A stretch of DNA of 64,000 nt from Callorhinchus milii (GCF_018977255.1 NW_024704743.1:60390001-60454000); one strand, 5' to 3'. Positions 11,501-22,869 are shown, counted from the first letter of the stretch. Numbers and translations: made by a program. Notes: generated by a model not told the origin, from the sequence alone.

Positions 11501-14500
11501 TTTATTATACTGCACATTATAAATAAATTGGGTTAAAGAACTAAAGGAATTGGCTTAAGCGCATTACCTTCCAGTATGTCTATATTGTTTACACAAATGA
11601 TAAAATTATTGTGCCTTGCATAAAGCAGAATGCTCTACTATTTTGCACCCGGTGGCAGTATCAAATCGCCCCCAGGTTAGGTATTGCTGCACAGTACAGC
11701 TGCGATTTAGGTTTCCCAACAAAAATGCCTAAGCAACTATAAAAATATACTTCTATCTGCAAGCAATGTGACAATTTTCAGTTGTCAGGTGGTGAATTCT
11801 TATTGTGTCTGAGTGAGTTTGTCAAATTAGTACTGAAAGGTGGGCAAGTCTGTACTAGGAAGTGGGTTTAAACATTCTGAAGTATTTCACTGTGTTTATA
11901 TTTCAACTATTTACAAAACAAACCTGACCTATGTAGTGAGATTCACCCAAATCAGATAAACCAACATTAGCATTTTAGATAAGTGATTAGGTAACTTTGT
12001 AAGCCTGAAACAATAAGAAAAACAAAGGACGTAATCTTCTCACACAGGTTTGAAATATAATGGGATTGTTGAAACTAACCTCTAATCCGTATCCATCTGC
12101 AGGAGGAAAATGAGAAAATGGGGTGTTAGTTATGAATTTCTCATGTACTTAACATCCAAATCAGAAACATATTGTATACAGCAAAATCTCCATTTATAAA
12201 GTGTTTTTATTATCTGTAACTTGTCGCTTCCATTATATTAAATATTTGTAATGCAATGCTTCTATTTTATAATATTTATAGAATGAAACTGAAGTTATGT
12301 AAAATAACATTGTACCTGAAGACCTTTTGCTATTTTTGCTGTTTTATATAATAGTTTAAGTTCGACTGGCTACAAATACCTACCAGAAACTTAATGAACG
12401 TAGATATCATTCAGCAATAACTAAGCTCTACTACCACTGGCACTGCACCGCCTCTGAACTTAGTGCTTCAGTAACAAAATAAAACAACACTCCTAAGCAA
12501 TTTAACCTGGGATATATATGACTTAATAGCATTTTTGGAATCCTAGTTTTTTTTAAAAAAGGTTGTTTTCCCTGATTTTACTATCTCATTCAGATACTCC
12601 CAAGATAGCTACAGTACAACTAACTGCAGAATACACCAGTCAGCTCGATTTGAACAACGTGCCTTAACCTCCTATTTCAGAAGTACAAGTCAACTGCACC
12701 AGTGTGAATATTTCCATTTCTTAGACCAGTCATCCAGTCATCCAAAATAATGCTATATTAGAGCCTTATAACATCAGAACAGTGAGAATACTTTCAACAC
12801 ATCATGCTGGCTCTAAACCCAAATCTCAGAATGGAAAGAAAAATGTTTCAATTAATTTTTGTTACCTAGTCCAACAGTGTTTTTTGTTACCCAGTGGAAG
12901 GAAACAATTTTTGTTATAATTATTATTGAATCATTTGAACTTCTGGAACTTCTTTTGATGGAAGAAACTTGTTGGGAAAGTAATTTTTTGCAAAATAAAG
13001 CATTCATTAAAATTGGAATTTATCATTCTCAGAGACTAATTTATATGCCTTATTTTTAAGTGGAGCAAAGTATGAATTGCTATAATTATATCCTTTTGCA
13101 ATTTCTCCTTACCCAGCCGCTAATATTTTTGACGTTTTTCAAAACTGATACTCACTTGACACTAAAACAATATTTTTCTAGCAGGGCAAGGTCATAAAGA
13201 ATGACACATTCTCAGATTTTTATAAGGAGTGTCCACATAGTATTGATGTTAGACTGTGCTGGCATAAATATTGTGAGAGATACCATCTCTGTACATTGTA
13301 TACATTTACACACAAACCTGGGAGAAGGTTTGCGGTCAGTGACATCAACCAACACATTTAATTTCTGACATTGTTCAAAATGATACAAGTTTGACAATAA
13401 ACACCATTCTTGCTAAATTCATTGATGCCTATTAGGTCATATTTTGGTCTTTCTGGATAATGGCAGAGTATAAACTGTTATCTAAGTTATTTGTCCCAGT
13501 TCTGAAAACAAGGGAATGCATTAAAAAATTACTGTTTGAAATAGAAATGCACTGGTAAAGACTTGTTTTCAACTCCCTTTCTCTACCCCACACCTGAGGA
13601 GGACAGGGTTGAGACATCTATCAATTTTCACCAGCAGCAGCAAGCACACCATAATGTACTGCACAGAATTTGGTCCATAGAGAACTGCAGGGAACACACA
13701 TCTGCAACTGAAGGGAAGCAAAACAGATATCCAAGAGTGCTCTCTCTTTGTCAGTCAGTGAATGCAGGATCAAAATTGTCGTGGGAAGTTTGATTTTGGC
13801 ATCCTAATTGGGTCTGTGCTTCTACTTTTAATTTAGTACTTAGTCTAATATTTAGAACTGTATATTCATTATCATTGTAAAATTGAAGTGTATACATTTT
13901 TAAAAAAGCGCTTCCAAATAAAGCTAAATGTATTTCAACGGACAAGTGCAAGAGTGATAATGTTAAAGCTATATATCAGCCATTGTGCATTTTATGATAC
14001 AAAAAACTTGCTATAACAAAAAAGGAAGACACTTGAGATGAATTGTCTTAAGCATTCATTATTAATGCTGACTGTTTAATTCGCTTGGCATAATTCTTAA
14101 AAAAATAAAATGAATGATTGTTTCGTTGAAAAATAACTAAATCTATGAAACCTATGGAATTATTGCTTTAACAGATTTAACTTTGTGAACAACAGTGACC
14201 TAATTATTGTGATTAAAAGCAGAATTTGTAGGAAATGCAGATGTCTGTGAGAGGGTACGTTGAGAGAGGAGACAAGGTGAATAGGTCTGCTCTCCCCAAG
14301 AGCTGTGATTGATGCATCAGGTTAGCATAAGGGTCACCATTCCTACTCCCACTCCCAATGGTCTAACTATGGGTGGTCACCCCAAAACTCTCACATGAAG
14401 TCATCATAGACGACACGCCAGCAAGGCTGAGGTTTCTGCAGTTCTTATCCTCTTGCACTTTGACTGCCCTCTACATCACTACCTAGACCCGTGGCAAGAG

Positions 14501-16817
14501 AGAAATGGTGGCAAATAGCAAACAAACCACATTGATGCTACCAACGTTTAACGCACATGAAGACCTGAAGCCCAACAAGACTACTTGCTCTCTTCTTTTG
14601 TCAGATCTATACCTGTTCATATATTGTGAGACAGTTGCTCTTTCAAAACTACAGTGGTGATTTAAAGCGTCAGCGGTTTTAAATGAAACACATACATCAC
14701 GCTTGATGATTAATGCATTGATACGAAGCACTCGCTATATAAATATAAATTGTTGTTGTATTACTGTATATGATACAACAATGGCCTTGTAATATTGTAA
14801 TGTTAACTACAGAACCTGCCTAGTGACATAACCATTTAATCATTCAAGTGCAGAATTCATATAGATTCTGGAAATCAAACAGTGAGTACACTTCCTGTGG
14901 TTGCAGTAGAAGTTCTACTTAGACATTACAATAAAAGAGGTTGAAGCATGTAGAAGACCCACATAGGGATTCTGGAAGACTGTTGTCCAAAACAATATAT
15001 TTCAGTAAACTATTTATAAGCTATCGAAACACAGGAGTGAATCTTTCTCGGTATAAAAGTATTTCATGTAAGAAAACGATACTCCGGTCTGCAACTGTGT
15101 TACTACAAGGGAAAAAAATGGCTTTGTTGTTTTAACATTACTTGAGGTTTCTGAGCATTGCGTGTGTGGGCGGTGAAGGGAACAGGCCCAAACGCAGGGC
15201 CAATGGAAAGGGAGGGGGAGCATTCTTAAACCTATGGGGGCGCTGAGAGGGTGGAGGGTGGTGGTAGCCTTGATCTTCTCTTCCCTATAAAACCCTGCCT
15301 CACGTTTGGATGGTGTATCATAGATTTGGCTGAAGTGAGTACTGAATGTCCCAGCATGTCCTTCAGTCTTGAGAGTGGGGAGAACTAATTGATTTATTAT
15401 GCAAATGTTGGGAAGCCTCCACCCTTCTCTTCCCCATGGCCAGTGCCAGACCTACATGTACTGCCCATCACCAAGAGGGGGCTCCAAAATACCCCTTTTG
15501 GCTTCAGTCCACCCACAGTATTGCCAAACTTGCATTAATCTATAAAAGATGTTCACTGCGGTACAAATCACATAATCTGCAATTCATTAAAAAAAGTTGA
15601 TCACATACTCTCTTATGATTCTACTTGCTACACAGAGGTCAAGAGGTGCAGATGGATCATGAACCAAATCTGCTGCCTTCCCTCGAATGGTTGAAGCACT
15701 TTGAGACCATATCTCAAGGATATGGTTATATCAATCCAAGGATTATTATTATGGTCACTTTTCTTCACTTATTGAAAAAAAAACCCCAAGGCCATTTCAT
15801 TTGGGCTGCGAAAGATTACACTAAAAATAAGGATACAGAAACTGCCCACATCTTCTCAACCGGACAACAAGTTTGAAGCTCCCAGGAGAAATGCAACACA
15901 GCATCAACAACAACAACAACAAGATTCCATTTATAAAGCGCCTTTCACGTCGGGAGGACGTCCCAAGGCGCTGCACAGTTGGGTCATGACCCGAGCAGGG
16001 GGGAAATGGTCAGGGTGAGGGGAGGGAAGGGAGGGAGCGAGGAGGGGGGAAATGGTCAGGGTGAGGGGAGGGAAGGGAGGGAGCGAGGAGGGGGAAGAGA
16101 GTCGAGAGGGGAGCTGAAGGCTCGGTCAAAGAGAAACAAGTCCAATGCCACACACCGAACTTAAGAGCATCATTCCTTGAACCTTGTGGGCAGAAATCTC
16201 CTTGAAAAAAGAACTCACCACAGAGAATAAATTGAGCTTTACTGCGGTCTGAAATAATCTTTAAGGTGGAGCAATACTGGGGCAGACAGTACCCTGGAAG
16301 GTTTTGCTGCCGATCGACACAAGGAGGCGCTGAATGGCAATCTTCAGTCACCAACCCCACTCCCCAACACAACGATGGTCACGGAAAACATTAGCAACAA
16401 AGCATCACGACTGTCTCCTCGTACGGAATTTCTTCCTGATCTACCGAGTTTTCTCTCCACGAAGCTGACTCGAGAGTCCCCCCACCCCCAAAAAAAAATG
16501 ATTAACTGAACGTCAACGACACAGAGCAGAACAGCACAGGGTCAGTGGGAACAGCTCAAACATCACACACGTTAAACAGACTGGGAACCTGAGCCACTTT
16601 TCTCCAACTTTTGGGCGACCACAGCTTTCCACCGAATTCGGGCAGATCTCAAAACAAAACCTCTCCCACAGGGATATTTGACTCTCTCTCTCTCTCTCTC
16701 TCTTTCTCTCTTTACTCCAAGCAATAAGCAAGTCCATCATTCTGCACCACAGAGCCATCCCTTGCTGTGGTCCTGCCCATGGTTCACCGAGAACACGATT
16801 GATCCGTGTATATATAT

Positions 16818-16849
<32 letters not shown>

Positions 16850-17150
16850 GTGTGGATTTTTTTTTCTCAATGCAGGACGAAGCCATGATTTTGATACTTT
16901 TATTTTTGATCGTTTGTTTTTTTTGCCTCCCTCCCCATCCCCATCCCCATCCCCATCTGATAAAAGTTTGGGCTTTCCGAAAGAATGCTGTGCACGTCTT
17001 ATCTTACTGGTGGGGCTGCGATCCTTATTAAACATTACACACAGTCAGATTCAAAAGAGGGCACTTACATGCGTCTTCGTATTGACTTCTTGCAACGAAC
17101 GTCGTTACTGCAAGCAGCAACAAAATCCGTGTATCCACAAAGCTGAGCAT
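2484..17150 (-). CDS. col1a2: Collagen type I alpha 2 chain, spliced and 3'-partial (exons 1-12; gene continues beyond position 1)
   Basis: Signal peptide MLSFVDTRILLLLAVT, short N-propeptide with no vWC exon, NFAAQY N-proteinase site, GARGFPGTPG..KGHR helix. Exon sizes 82/17/12/45/93/51/45/54x5 join in frame with GT-AG ends. Confidence 0.97.
2655..2708 (-). CDS. col1a2: col1a2 exon 11 (54 bp), GARGFPGTPGHPGRKGHR, containing the helical cross-link Lys87
   Basis: AG/GTAAGT, GARGFPGTPG and KGHR motifs. Confidence 0.97.
2905..2958 (-). CDS. col1a2: col1a2 exon 10 (54 bp), GENGKPGKSGDSGIQGPQ
   Basis: AG/GTAAGT, Gly-X-Y. Confidence 0.96.
4312..4365 (-). CDS. col1a2: col1a2 exon 9 (54 bp), GLMGSRGPSGLPGKPGDD
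   Basis: AG/GTAAGT, Gly-X-Y. Confidence 0.96.
4490..4543 (-). CDS. col1a2: col1a2 exon 8 (54 bp), GSQGFQGSPGLPGESGST
   Basis: AG/GTAAGT, QGFQG motif. Confidence 0.96.
4701..4745 (-). CDS. col1a2: col1a2 exon 7 (45 bp), GIPGPRGPSGGPGSP
   Basis: AG/GTAAGT, Gly-X-Y. Confidence 0.96.
6466..6860 (+). repeat. Diverged copy of the unclassified ~630-bp repeat family
   Basis: Colinear similarity to 30715-31130. Confidence 0.75.
7129..7179 (-). CDS. col1a2: col1a2 exon 6 (51 bp), NFAAQYRKEDTMTPGIM: N-proteinase site and N-telopeptide
   Basis: TTGCCTTTCAG acceptor, GTAAGC donor, NFAAQY motif. Confidence 0.95.
7630..7998 (+). mobile_element. Ancient tRNA-derived SINE, AmnSINE2-like
   Basis: AGGACAGGATTGGGCTTGGCTGTGAT...AATAGCCTGC...ACTCACTGTC...GGAGAGGAGGGG; related fragments at about 44630, 47150 and 56590. 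Confidence 0.6.
8212..8304 (-). CDS. col1a2: col1a2 exon 5 (93 bp), GPRGPDGVDGDPGQPGLPGLPGPPGAPGLSG
   Basis: AG/GTAAGT boundaries; N-propeptide minor helix. Confidence 0.96.
8593..8637 (-). CDS. col1a2: col1a2 exon 4 (45 bp), GPQGSRGDRGQQGDR
   Basis: TTTTCTTTAG acceptor, GTATAA donor, Gly-X-Y. Confidence 0.93.
8709..9093 (-). mobile_element. Long DeuSINE (SacSINE1-like), degenerate
   Basis: tRNA-like head (GGTTGTGGGTTCAAGCCC) and L2-type tail on the minus strand. Confidence 0.7.
9095..9395 (+). mobile_element. L2 LINE 3' end fragment
   Basis: Encodes RAFSLSASTLWNSIP..SFKAHLK; GTGAAAGGCACTAT tail; homologous to 37450-37745. Confidence 0.85.
11568..11579 (-). CDS. col1a2: Probable col1a2 exon 3 micro-exon (12 bp), TYWK
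   Basis: ATAG|ACATACTGGAAG|GTAATG; frame-neutral, ends in Lys like tetrapod exon 3, about 500 bp after exon 2; pyrimidine tract is weak. Confidence 0.6.
12080..12096 (-). CDS. col1a2: col1a2 exon 2 micro-exon (17 bp), (Y)GYGLE
   Basis: TTTTCCTCCTGCAG|ATGGATACGGATTAGAG|GTTAGT; converts phase 1 to 0 as required. Confidence 0.85.
15905..16135 (-). mobile_element. Young L2 3'-tail fragment with an internal 46-bp tandem duplication (intron 1)
   Basis: (TTG)n tail and GACGTGAAAGGCGC motif on the minus strand; near-identical to 26480-26665. Confidence 0.85.
16681..16957. repeat. Microsatellite cluster in intron 1: (CT)n, (TA)n/(CA)n, (CCCCAT)n
   Basis: Directly visible at 16682-16711, 16808-16852 and 16933-16957. 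Confidence 0.95.
17069..17150 (-). CDS. col1a2: col1a2 exon 1 coding part (82 bp), MLSFVDTRILLLLAVTTFVARSQYEDA + 1 nt
   Basis: ATG at 17150, donor GTAAGTG at 17068-17062, phase 1 as in tetrapod COL1A2. Confidence 0.97.
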
Positions 17151-17181
17151 GTCTAAATGTTAGACATGCAGACTCCTTGTG
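17136..17181 (-). promoter_or_regulatory. Fibrillar collagen 5' stem-loop (LARP6-binding element) with uORF ATG TCT AAC ATT TAG (17167-17153)
   Basis: CACAAGGAGTCTGCATGTCTAACATTTAGACATGCTCAGCTTTGTG spans the start codon; GCATGTCTAA/TTAGACATGC upper stem. Confidence 0.95.
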
Positions 17182-17259
17182 AGAAGTAGCCCAGTCTTTT
17201 GCCCAGCAAAGCACACAACAGGGGGTGATGATAGCTCCAGACTTTACAGAACCCTCCTG

Positions 17260-17400
17260 TCGTGTCTCCAGCGTGATGGACCCTTCTTATAGTACAGGAG
17301 GATCCCCGAGTGCGTGTCAGTACATCCCCTTAACCAATCGAAACCCAACCCACCGACGCTTTCATCCCAACTGGTCCATTGGAGGAACATGTTCCAATGC
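17260..17400 (-). promoter_or_regulatory. col1a2 core promoter: TATA (TATAAGAA, 17291-17284), inverted CCAAT (17338-17334), further CCAAT pentamers at 17378-17382 and 17394-17398; TSS about 17260-17267
   Basis: Motif order and spacing resemble the mammalian COL1A2 promoter; downstream CAGGAGGGTTCTGTAAAGTCTGGAG resembles the start of the mammalian 5'UTR. Confidence 0.8.
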
Positions 17401-17599
17401 GCCCAACCTGCCAGGAGGGAATACACTGGCAACAGCAGGGCTGGGACTGACCGCTCCATAAAAGGTCTAATCGAATCCAGCCCTCCCTGCTTTCTTGTCG
17501 CCTTGCTCTTCATTTTGAGAGCCCGGCTTGAACGTTTGGTCCGACTTTCTAGAGTGGGGCATATGGAGGCGATGTGGACAGTGAGAGGTGTCAAGAGGT

Positions 17600-17624
<25 letters not shown>
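17600..17624. repeat. (GA)n microsatellite in the proximal promoter
   Basis: Directly visible. Confidence 0.95.
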
Positions 17625-17633
<9 letters not shown>

Positions 17634-18166
17634 CAAAGGTCCTGGGCAAGGTTGTGTGAAGGAGGTAGAGGGCAGGGCGTGGCTCTGCCTTTAAATAGCC
17701 TGCACAGGCTGAGGCAGGCAGCTTTGATCCACCAGGCAAGCCATCGCCTCAGTGGCTCACAGTGAGGAGGGGGTTCACCATGTATCATGGCCACTTGGCG
17801 ATAAGGATTTTGCCATTCGGTATATTCCACGGCATATCTGCATCCAGAGACGTGCATTCGCCAGAAAAAAAAAAGACCAGGAGATCAATTGATGCCAATC
17901 AGGTTCACACCCCCTTTCCCCAGGAACTCGATCTACTTAATGTGCCATTCACAGCGTCTCGAGACACTTTGCCCCCCTCACCTGCTCCTGACACCCGAAG
18001 TGGCTCCGACACATTGCTACTCAAACTAGTTGTCGCCCCCAAGAAGAGTTGTTGGAAGAGTTGCAGATGAGGATCAGTCCGGCACAGGAAGAGCTCCCGC
18101 TAATGCTCAGTTTGAGTGTGATTTAGCAAAAGATGTTCTGTGTCTCTCAAACACTGTGGTATTGTA

Positions 18167-18195
18167 CCTGACCCTGACCCTGACCCTGACCCTGA
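18167..18195. repeat. (TGACCC)4+ hexamer repeat
   Basis: Four perfect units at 18169-18192. Confidence 0.9.
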
Positions 18196-18753
18196 TGCCC
18201 AAGTCAAGAGCACAATAAAATGGTCCACATAGAATCTAATTCCGGATAAACATTTGTCACAATCTGTAAACAATAATTACTATAAGAACTCGTTGAGGTT
18301 TGAGAGATATGTTGGATTCATCAGCAGTCACTGTAAGGGTTTCAAGGACAGACACTGATCGGTTGCAGAGATCTGCCCATTACCCCCATCCCTGTCCCTC
18401 TGACACAGGCTGTGTGTGTGTGTGGGGGGGGAGGGGGAGGGGGGGGATCATTCATTCGTTCTGTGCAAAATACCCTTTACATGAAGCGATCAAAGGTTCC
18501 GAGGCTTCTCGTTCCTCTTTGCAAATGAGTCTTCAACACTGACCCCCACTCCCTCCCCTGATCTCAGTAACCAGCTCTCTCACAGCGGAGTGGATCAATT
18601 CGGAGCCCCTGACCTGCACCGACCAACAGTGCGATTTCTAAGCTCCTTTCGTTTACATTCGTAAAGCAGACATTTGCAGTCTCTAATATGGTGATGTTTG
18701 CCGCATCTAAACTGTACTCGTGGCTCAAAGGAAGTCCCTTTAATTGTTTCAGG

Positions 18754-18756
<3 letters not shown>

Positions 18757-18784
<28 letters not shown>
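18757..18784. repeat. (GT)n microsatellite
   Basis: Directly visible. Confidence 0.95.
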
Positions 18785-20493
18785 ACAACTCCTTCCACCG
18801 AGTTAGCAGACCTGTCAGCACAGCTTCGAATATGGTTTGTGGATTGAATCCAATGCTATTTTATGAGGAGGGGGTCCTTCGCTGGAGCAGGTGACCAAAC
18901 ACACATGATGGATTAAATAGAGTGGAGGAAGGGGTTGGGTTGCCTTAAACTATAATAGAACAACAGTAGCTTGACTGCTATTTAACTCAACAACAACTAC
19001 TTGAATGGATTATTATTATTCAGTTCATCCGTGCAAAGTGGTTTTACTATGTTTCTTCTATGTTATTTAGGAAATATGACTAAACGCCTTATGGATTGCT
19101 GATGATATTGTACATAAGGCATTGAAGTACAATTGTACTCGTGGCTCACGTTCCCCCAGCTGACCAGATAGTACACACCCTTATTTAGAGCTGAGGGCAG
19201 AAAGGATGCCACATTTCAAATTCCTTTCCCTTACTCTGAATTAGGCATAAATCAGACAAATAGCTCAGACGTCAAGCAAAAATGGAATGTAACTGAAACT
19301 TTATTAATAACAATATGGCGATCACATTGCTTGCTTTGATGGTCAGTCCACACTGCTCTAGGAGATAGTCATTTCATTTTAAAATTTGTAAACTATATAT
19401 TTGTAAAGATATAGTCCACGCACGGTCAAACAAAAGTTTCTTGATTTGAGGGACTGTAGCTTTAAAACTCTTGAAATTGGAGAAATCCGTGGAGGCTTTA
19501 GTTCAGTGATGTCCAATAACCTTTGTGAGCTAACACAGAAAAAGCACACAAAAGCCAACTCCAAAAAGCACACTTATTTTACTGGGTTTTAAAAAATGAG
19601 ATTCGGACAAGAAAAATCAAGTCCAGACAAACAGAGGAGCCACAGGCATCTGCAATGTACCCTCCCTCATTACAGTACAGTTCCTTATCTCCTCCTGAAA
19701 GAATACAGTTTGAATTAACCTGTCAACCAGATGCGAAACTGGGTTATGCAAGTACATTCACTCTCGCTGTTGACAAGACAGCGATTTTTTTAAATCTTTA
19801 GCAGAAGTGATAGTTTGCTCTACTTTGCAGTTAAAAGTAATAAAAGTAAGAAGTATTAAATGCACGTCTACATTGCAGTTACGATGGAAATAATGAACTG
19901 AATTTTCTGGCCCTGCCCAAGTCAGCATTTCATTCTTTCTGCACATCTGGAATACATTAAGAGCAGCATTGACTATATTCCACAGAGAAAAAACAGTCTG
20001 CCTATTCTTCCTGTTCTCCACCTCCCTTAAAAAGATGAGGACGATAAGGGAGGCCAATTTCCAATTTGTATGAAGTTAACAGTGATAAAAGAAACTCGAT
20101 TAAAACAAACTCAAGAAAGTGATGTAAAACACAAATGCTCTCTGACACTACTTGGTTTTTAACAAAAAGTTAACTTTTATATGGACTTTTTTGATAAGAT
20201 ATGATCTTAAAACCCTCAATAGACCAAATGCATTCAATCCTAATTTGTGGCGAGTGTGAACAATGTCTAGACGTTAACAAGGTTTTATGTATTAAGTTCA
20301 AGCTGAATTTGCATGTATGGCATTGCTGCTTAGGTGATAGAAAAATAAAATCTGGAAAGGGACAAATCTCCCGTGAGATAAAACTATTTTACTATTTCCA
20401 TACACTTTAATGTAAAAATACAGTGACTGAGCATAGCTCAACAAGATCAAATCACAATTGAAGATCACATGTTTGACTTCAGTCATGATTTAG

Positions 20494-20770
20494 CAACAAC
20501 AACAACAACCAATTACATTTGTATAGCGCCTTTCAAAAGGAACAAGACTGTTCACAAGGACAGCCAGGGATTTGGACATGAGCTGGGGATTGGGATAAGG
20601 AAGGGTGGAGGGCAGGGAGGGTAGGGGTAGGGGGGTGACCAAAGGTGCAGTCGAAGAGGATAGTCTTGACATGCGCCTTGAAGGAGGCAAGGGAGGGAGC
20701 GAGGTGAAGGGACTGTGTGGAATGGAATCCCAAACGCTGAGGCCAGAGAGGCTGAAGGCCTGACCTCCTC
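20494..20770 (-). mobile_element. L2 LINE 3' end fragment
   Basis: LAPSLASFKAHVKTILFD on the minus strand and (TTG)n tail. Confidence 0.85.
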
Positions 20771-21139
20771 TTGTGATTTAAGTCTATGCTAATGATCCCA
20801 TGGTATTTTATCAAAGAAAAGTTGTCTCTTGGTGTTTTGGTCAAGTATTGACTTATCATGATCCAAAATTCCCCAATAGACGATATTTTATCATCATCTC
20901 AGTGTTATTTGTGGAATATTTATAAGCTGTTATGTTTGTACAGCAGATAATTTGTGAACAACAATGTCTGTGAAACAGTCACAAAGTGAGCGATCAATTT
21001 TAGTTGGGGCACCTTAGGCCAGGACACCAAGAGAATCTCTCTTCCCTTTTCAAATAATGCCGTGGGACCTTTAACATCCACCGGAACAGGCGGACGGGTC
21101 CTAGGTTTAACGTCTTATCTGAAGGACAATACATCCAAA

Positions 21140-21350
21140 TGAAGATCTGAATTAAGCAGGAAAATATGGTAGGTAAATCCATGGTTGGAGAGATGATGTA
21201 GGAAGGAGGGGTTTATATTTTGAAGACTTTGGGACTAGTTCTGGGCAGGATTGAGCTGTATGGATTGGACAAGCTACACTTGAACAAGGCTGGCACAATC
21301 TCCTCACTGGGAAAATAACTAGGGCTGCAATAATGGATTTAAACTAATAT
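21140..21350 (+). mobile_element. CR1 ORF1 (SGNH esterase) C-terminal relic
   Basis: Degenerate WLER*CRKEGF..ELY..DKLHLNKAG, ending TTAAACTAA. Confidence 0.65.
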
Positions 21351-22304
21351 GATAAGGGGATGGGAATAAACATGATCGATATGGAGGTGGAATGGGAGGG
21401 TAAGGACAAGGACATATAGAAAACAAAATAATCTTGACTCATGTTGGAGTACCAATATTGACCCTACAAATCCAACCAATGAGTCAGATTGGCCGGTCTG
21501 TCAACTGCAGTGCCCTGGAGTACGACGACCTGCTTGGTTCAGGAACCAGATTACTAAAACCACCACACCTCTATCCATTGAGCAATGGTCCCTCCACAGT
21601 GAAGCAGATGTCCATTAGATAGCTGATGTGGAAACTCTGAGGCTTGGGATAGCTGCTTGAAGGCATTATATGGAGGCTGGGTTAGTGAATGCACATTCAT
21701 ATATCCAGGGCTTGGAATCCACCTTAATTGATATGTGCAACTGCCGTGCACAATTGGCTGCTGTGTTTCGGCCACAAAATATAGTTAATTCACTTTACAG
21801 TATATTCTGTGAAGCGCTTTGAGACGAAGACTTGAAAAGCGCCATATCAAATGCAAGGATTATTATTATTGATGTGCAAAGAACTAAGCAGCTGCTGTTG
21901 AAGCTCTGTATCTCCAATTGGTGGAACCATTGCTCAATGGGTAAGTGCTCCGAGACGCTGTGAAGGGCACTATATAAATGCAAGTTGTTGTTGTTGCAGA
22001 GATACGGTGGCTTTGGTAGCCAGACAACTGACTGACCCCAAAAAATCAAATGCGAAGATTATTATAACTGAAATCTGAATATATTACAACAACAGCAACT
22101 TGCATTTATACAAGTTCATATGGAGCCATGTCTCAGAATGCTGAGCTCTGGGTTACTATGGAAAAGAATATTATGCTAAAGAAGAGCTCTAATGTACTTC
22201 ATAGGATTAGATATGGTAAGAAAGAATAAATGGAAATGGCAAAGAGACAAATAAACGAATGTCACTTGTTTTGTGAAGTCTCTTTGTTTTTTAGTTAACC
22301 TAAA

Positions 22305-22645
22305 ATCCTGTTACACCAGTAAGCTAAAGCCCTAACAGGTAGGATGATCCAAGCTGGACAAATGCTAGGAAGCAGAGTGATGTGATGCGGTACTTTCAAT
22401 GGCAAGCTATGTGGTTTTAGCTGGTTAAACTCCAGCACTACCCCAAAACGATCTTTTGGGTCTCTAATCCATAGCTTTGGCTACCTGTGCCTAATGCTTT
22501 CTGGAGTAGGGAAGCAAATCCATCTCTCTGGGGAGAGAGTGCGCACTCCATCACAAAAGAAGATTTCTCATGTGTAGGTGGCATGTATCTTTGAAGCTCT
22601 CAATCCAGTCTGAATACTCTTTTGTATGGTGATGGTTTTCCAAGT
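22305..22645 (+). repeat. Fragment of the unclassified ~630-bp repeat family
   Basis: TCAATGGCAAGCTATGTGGTTTTAGCTGGTTAAACTCCAGCA and AGAGAGTGCGCA shared with 31040-31290. Confidence 0.75.
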
Positions 22646-22869
22646 GTTAAAAACAAACATTTTAGTCTTGTCAGAGAGGGAAAGTAATTACCTAAGGTCT
22701 TGCAACAAAATCTTTGAAAAATTTAACACAAAATCCTGGTTAAGATTCACTGTTATCAAGTGTGCATGAAATGATCTCAAGATGCAAATTTTTAATGTAA
22801 ATTTTTAATCCACCAGAAAATAATTTGTGCAATTTACAGTCTTTTTTGGAATTAACAAATATTTATTAC

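Noticed and set aside
11580..12079. Equivalent of the chick cartilage-specific intron 2 promoter and exon A
   Set aside because: Only a lone TATAAA on the minus strand and no suitable splice donor before exon 3.
2484..17150. Assignment to col1a1, col2a1, col3a1 or col5a2
   Set aside because: No cysteine-rich vWC exon after exon 1. The MLSFVDTR start, micro-exons 2-3 and NFAAQY are col1a2-type.
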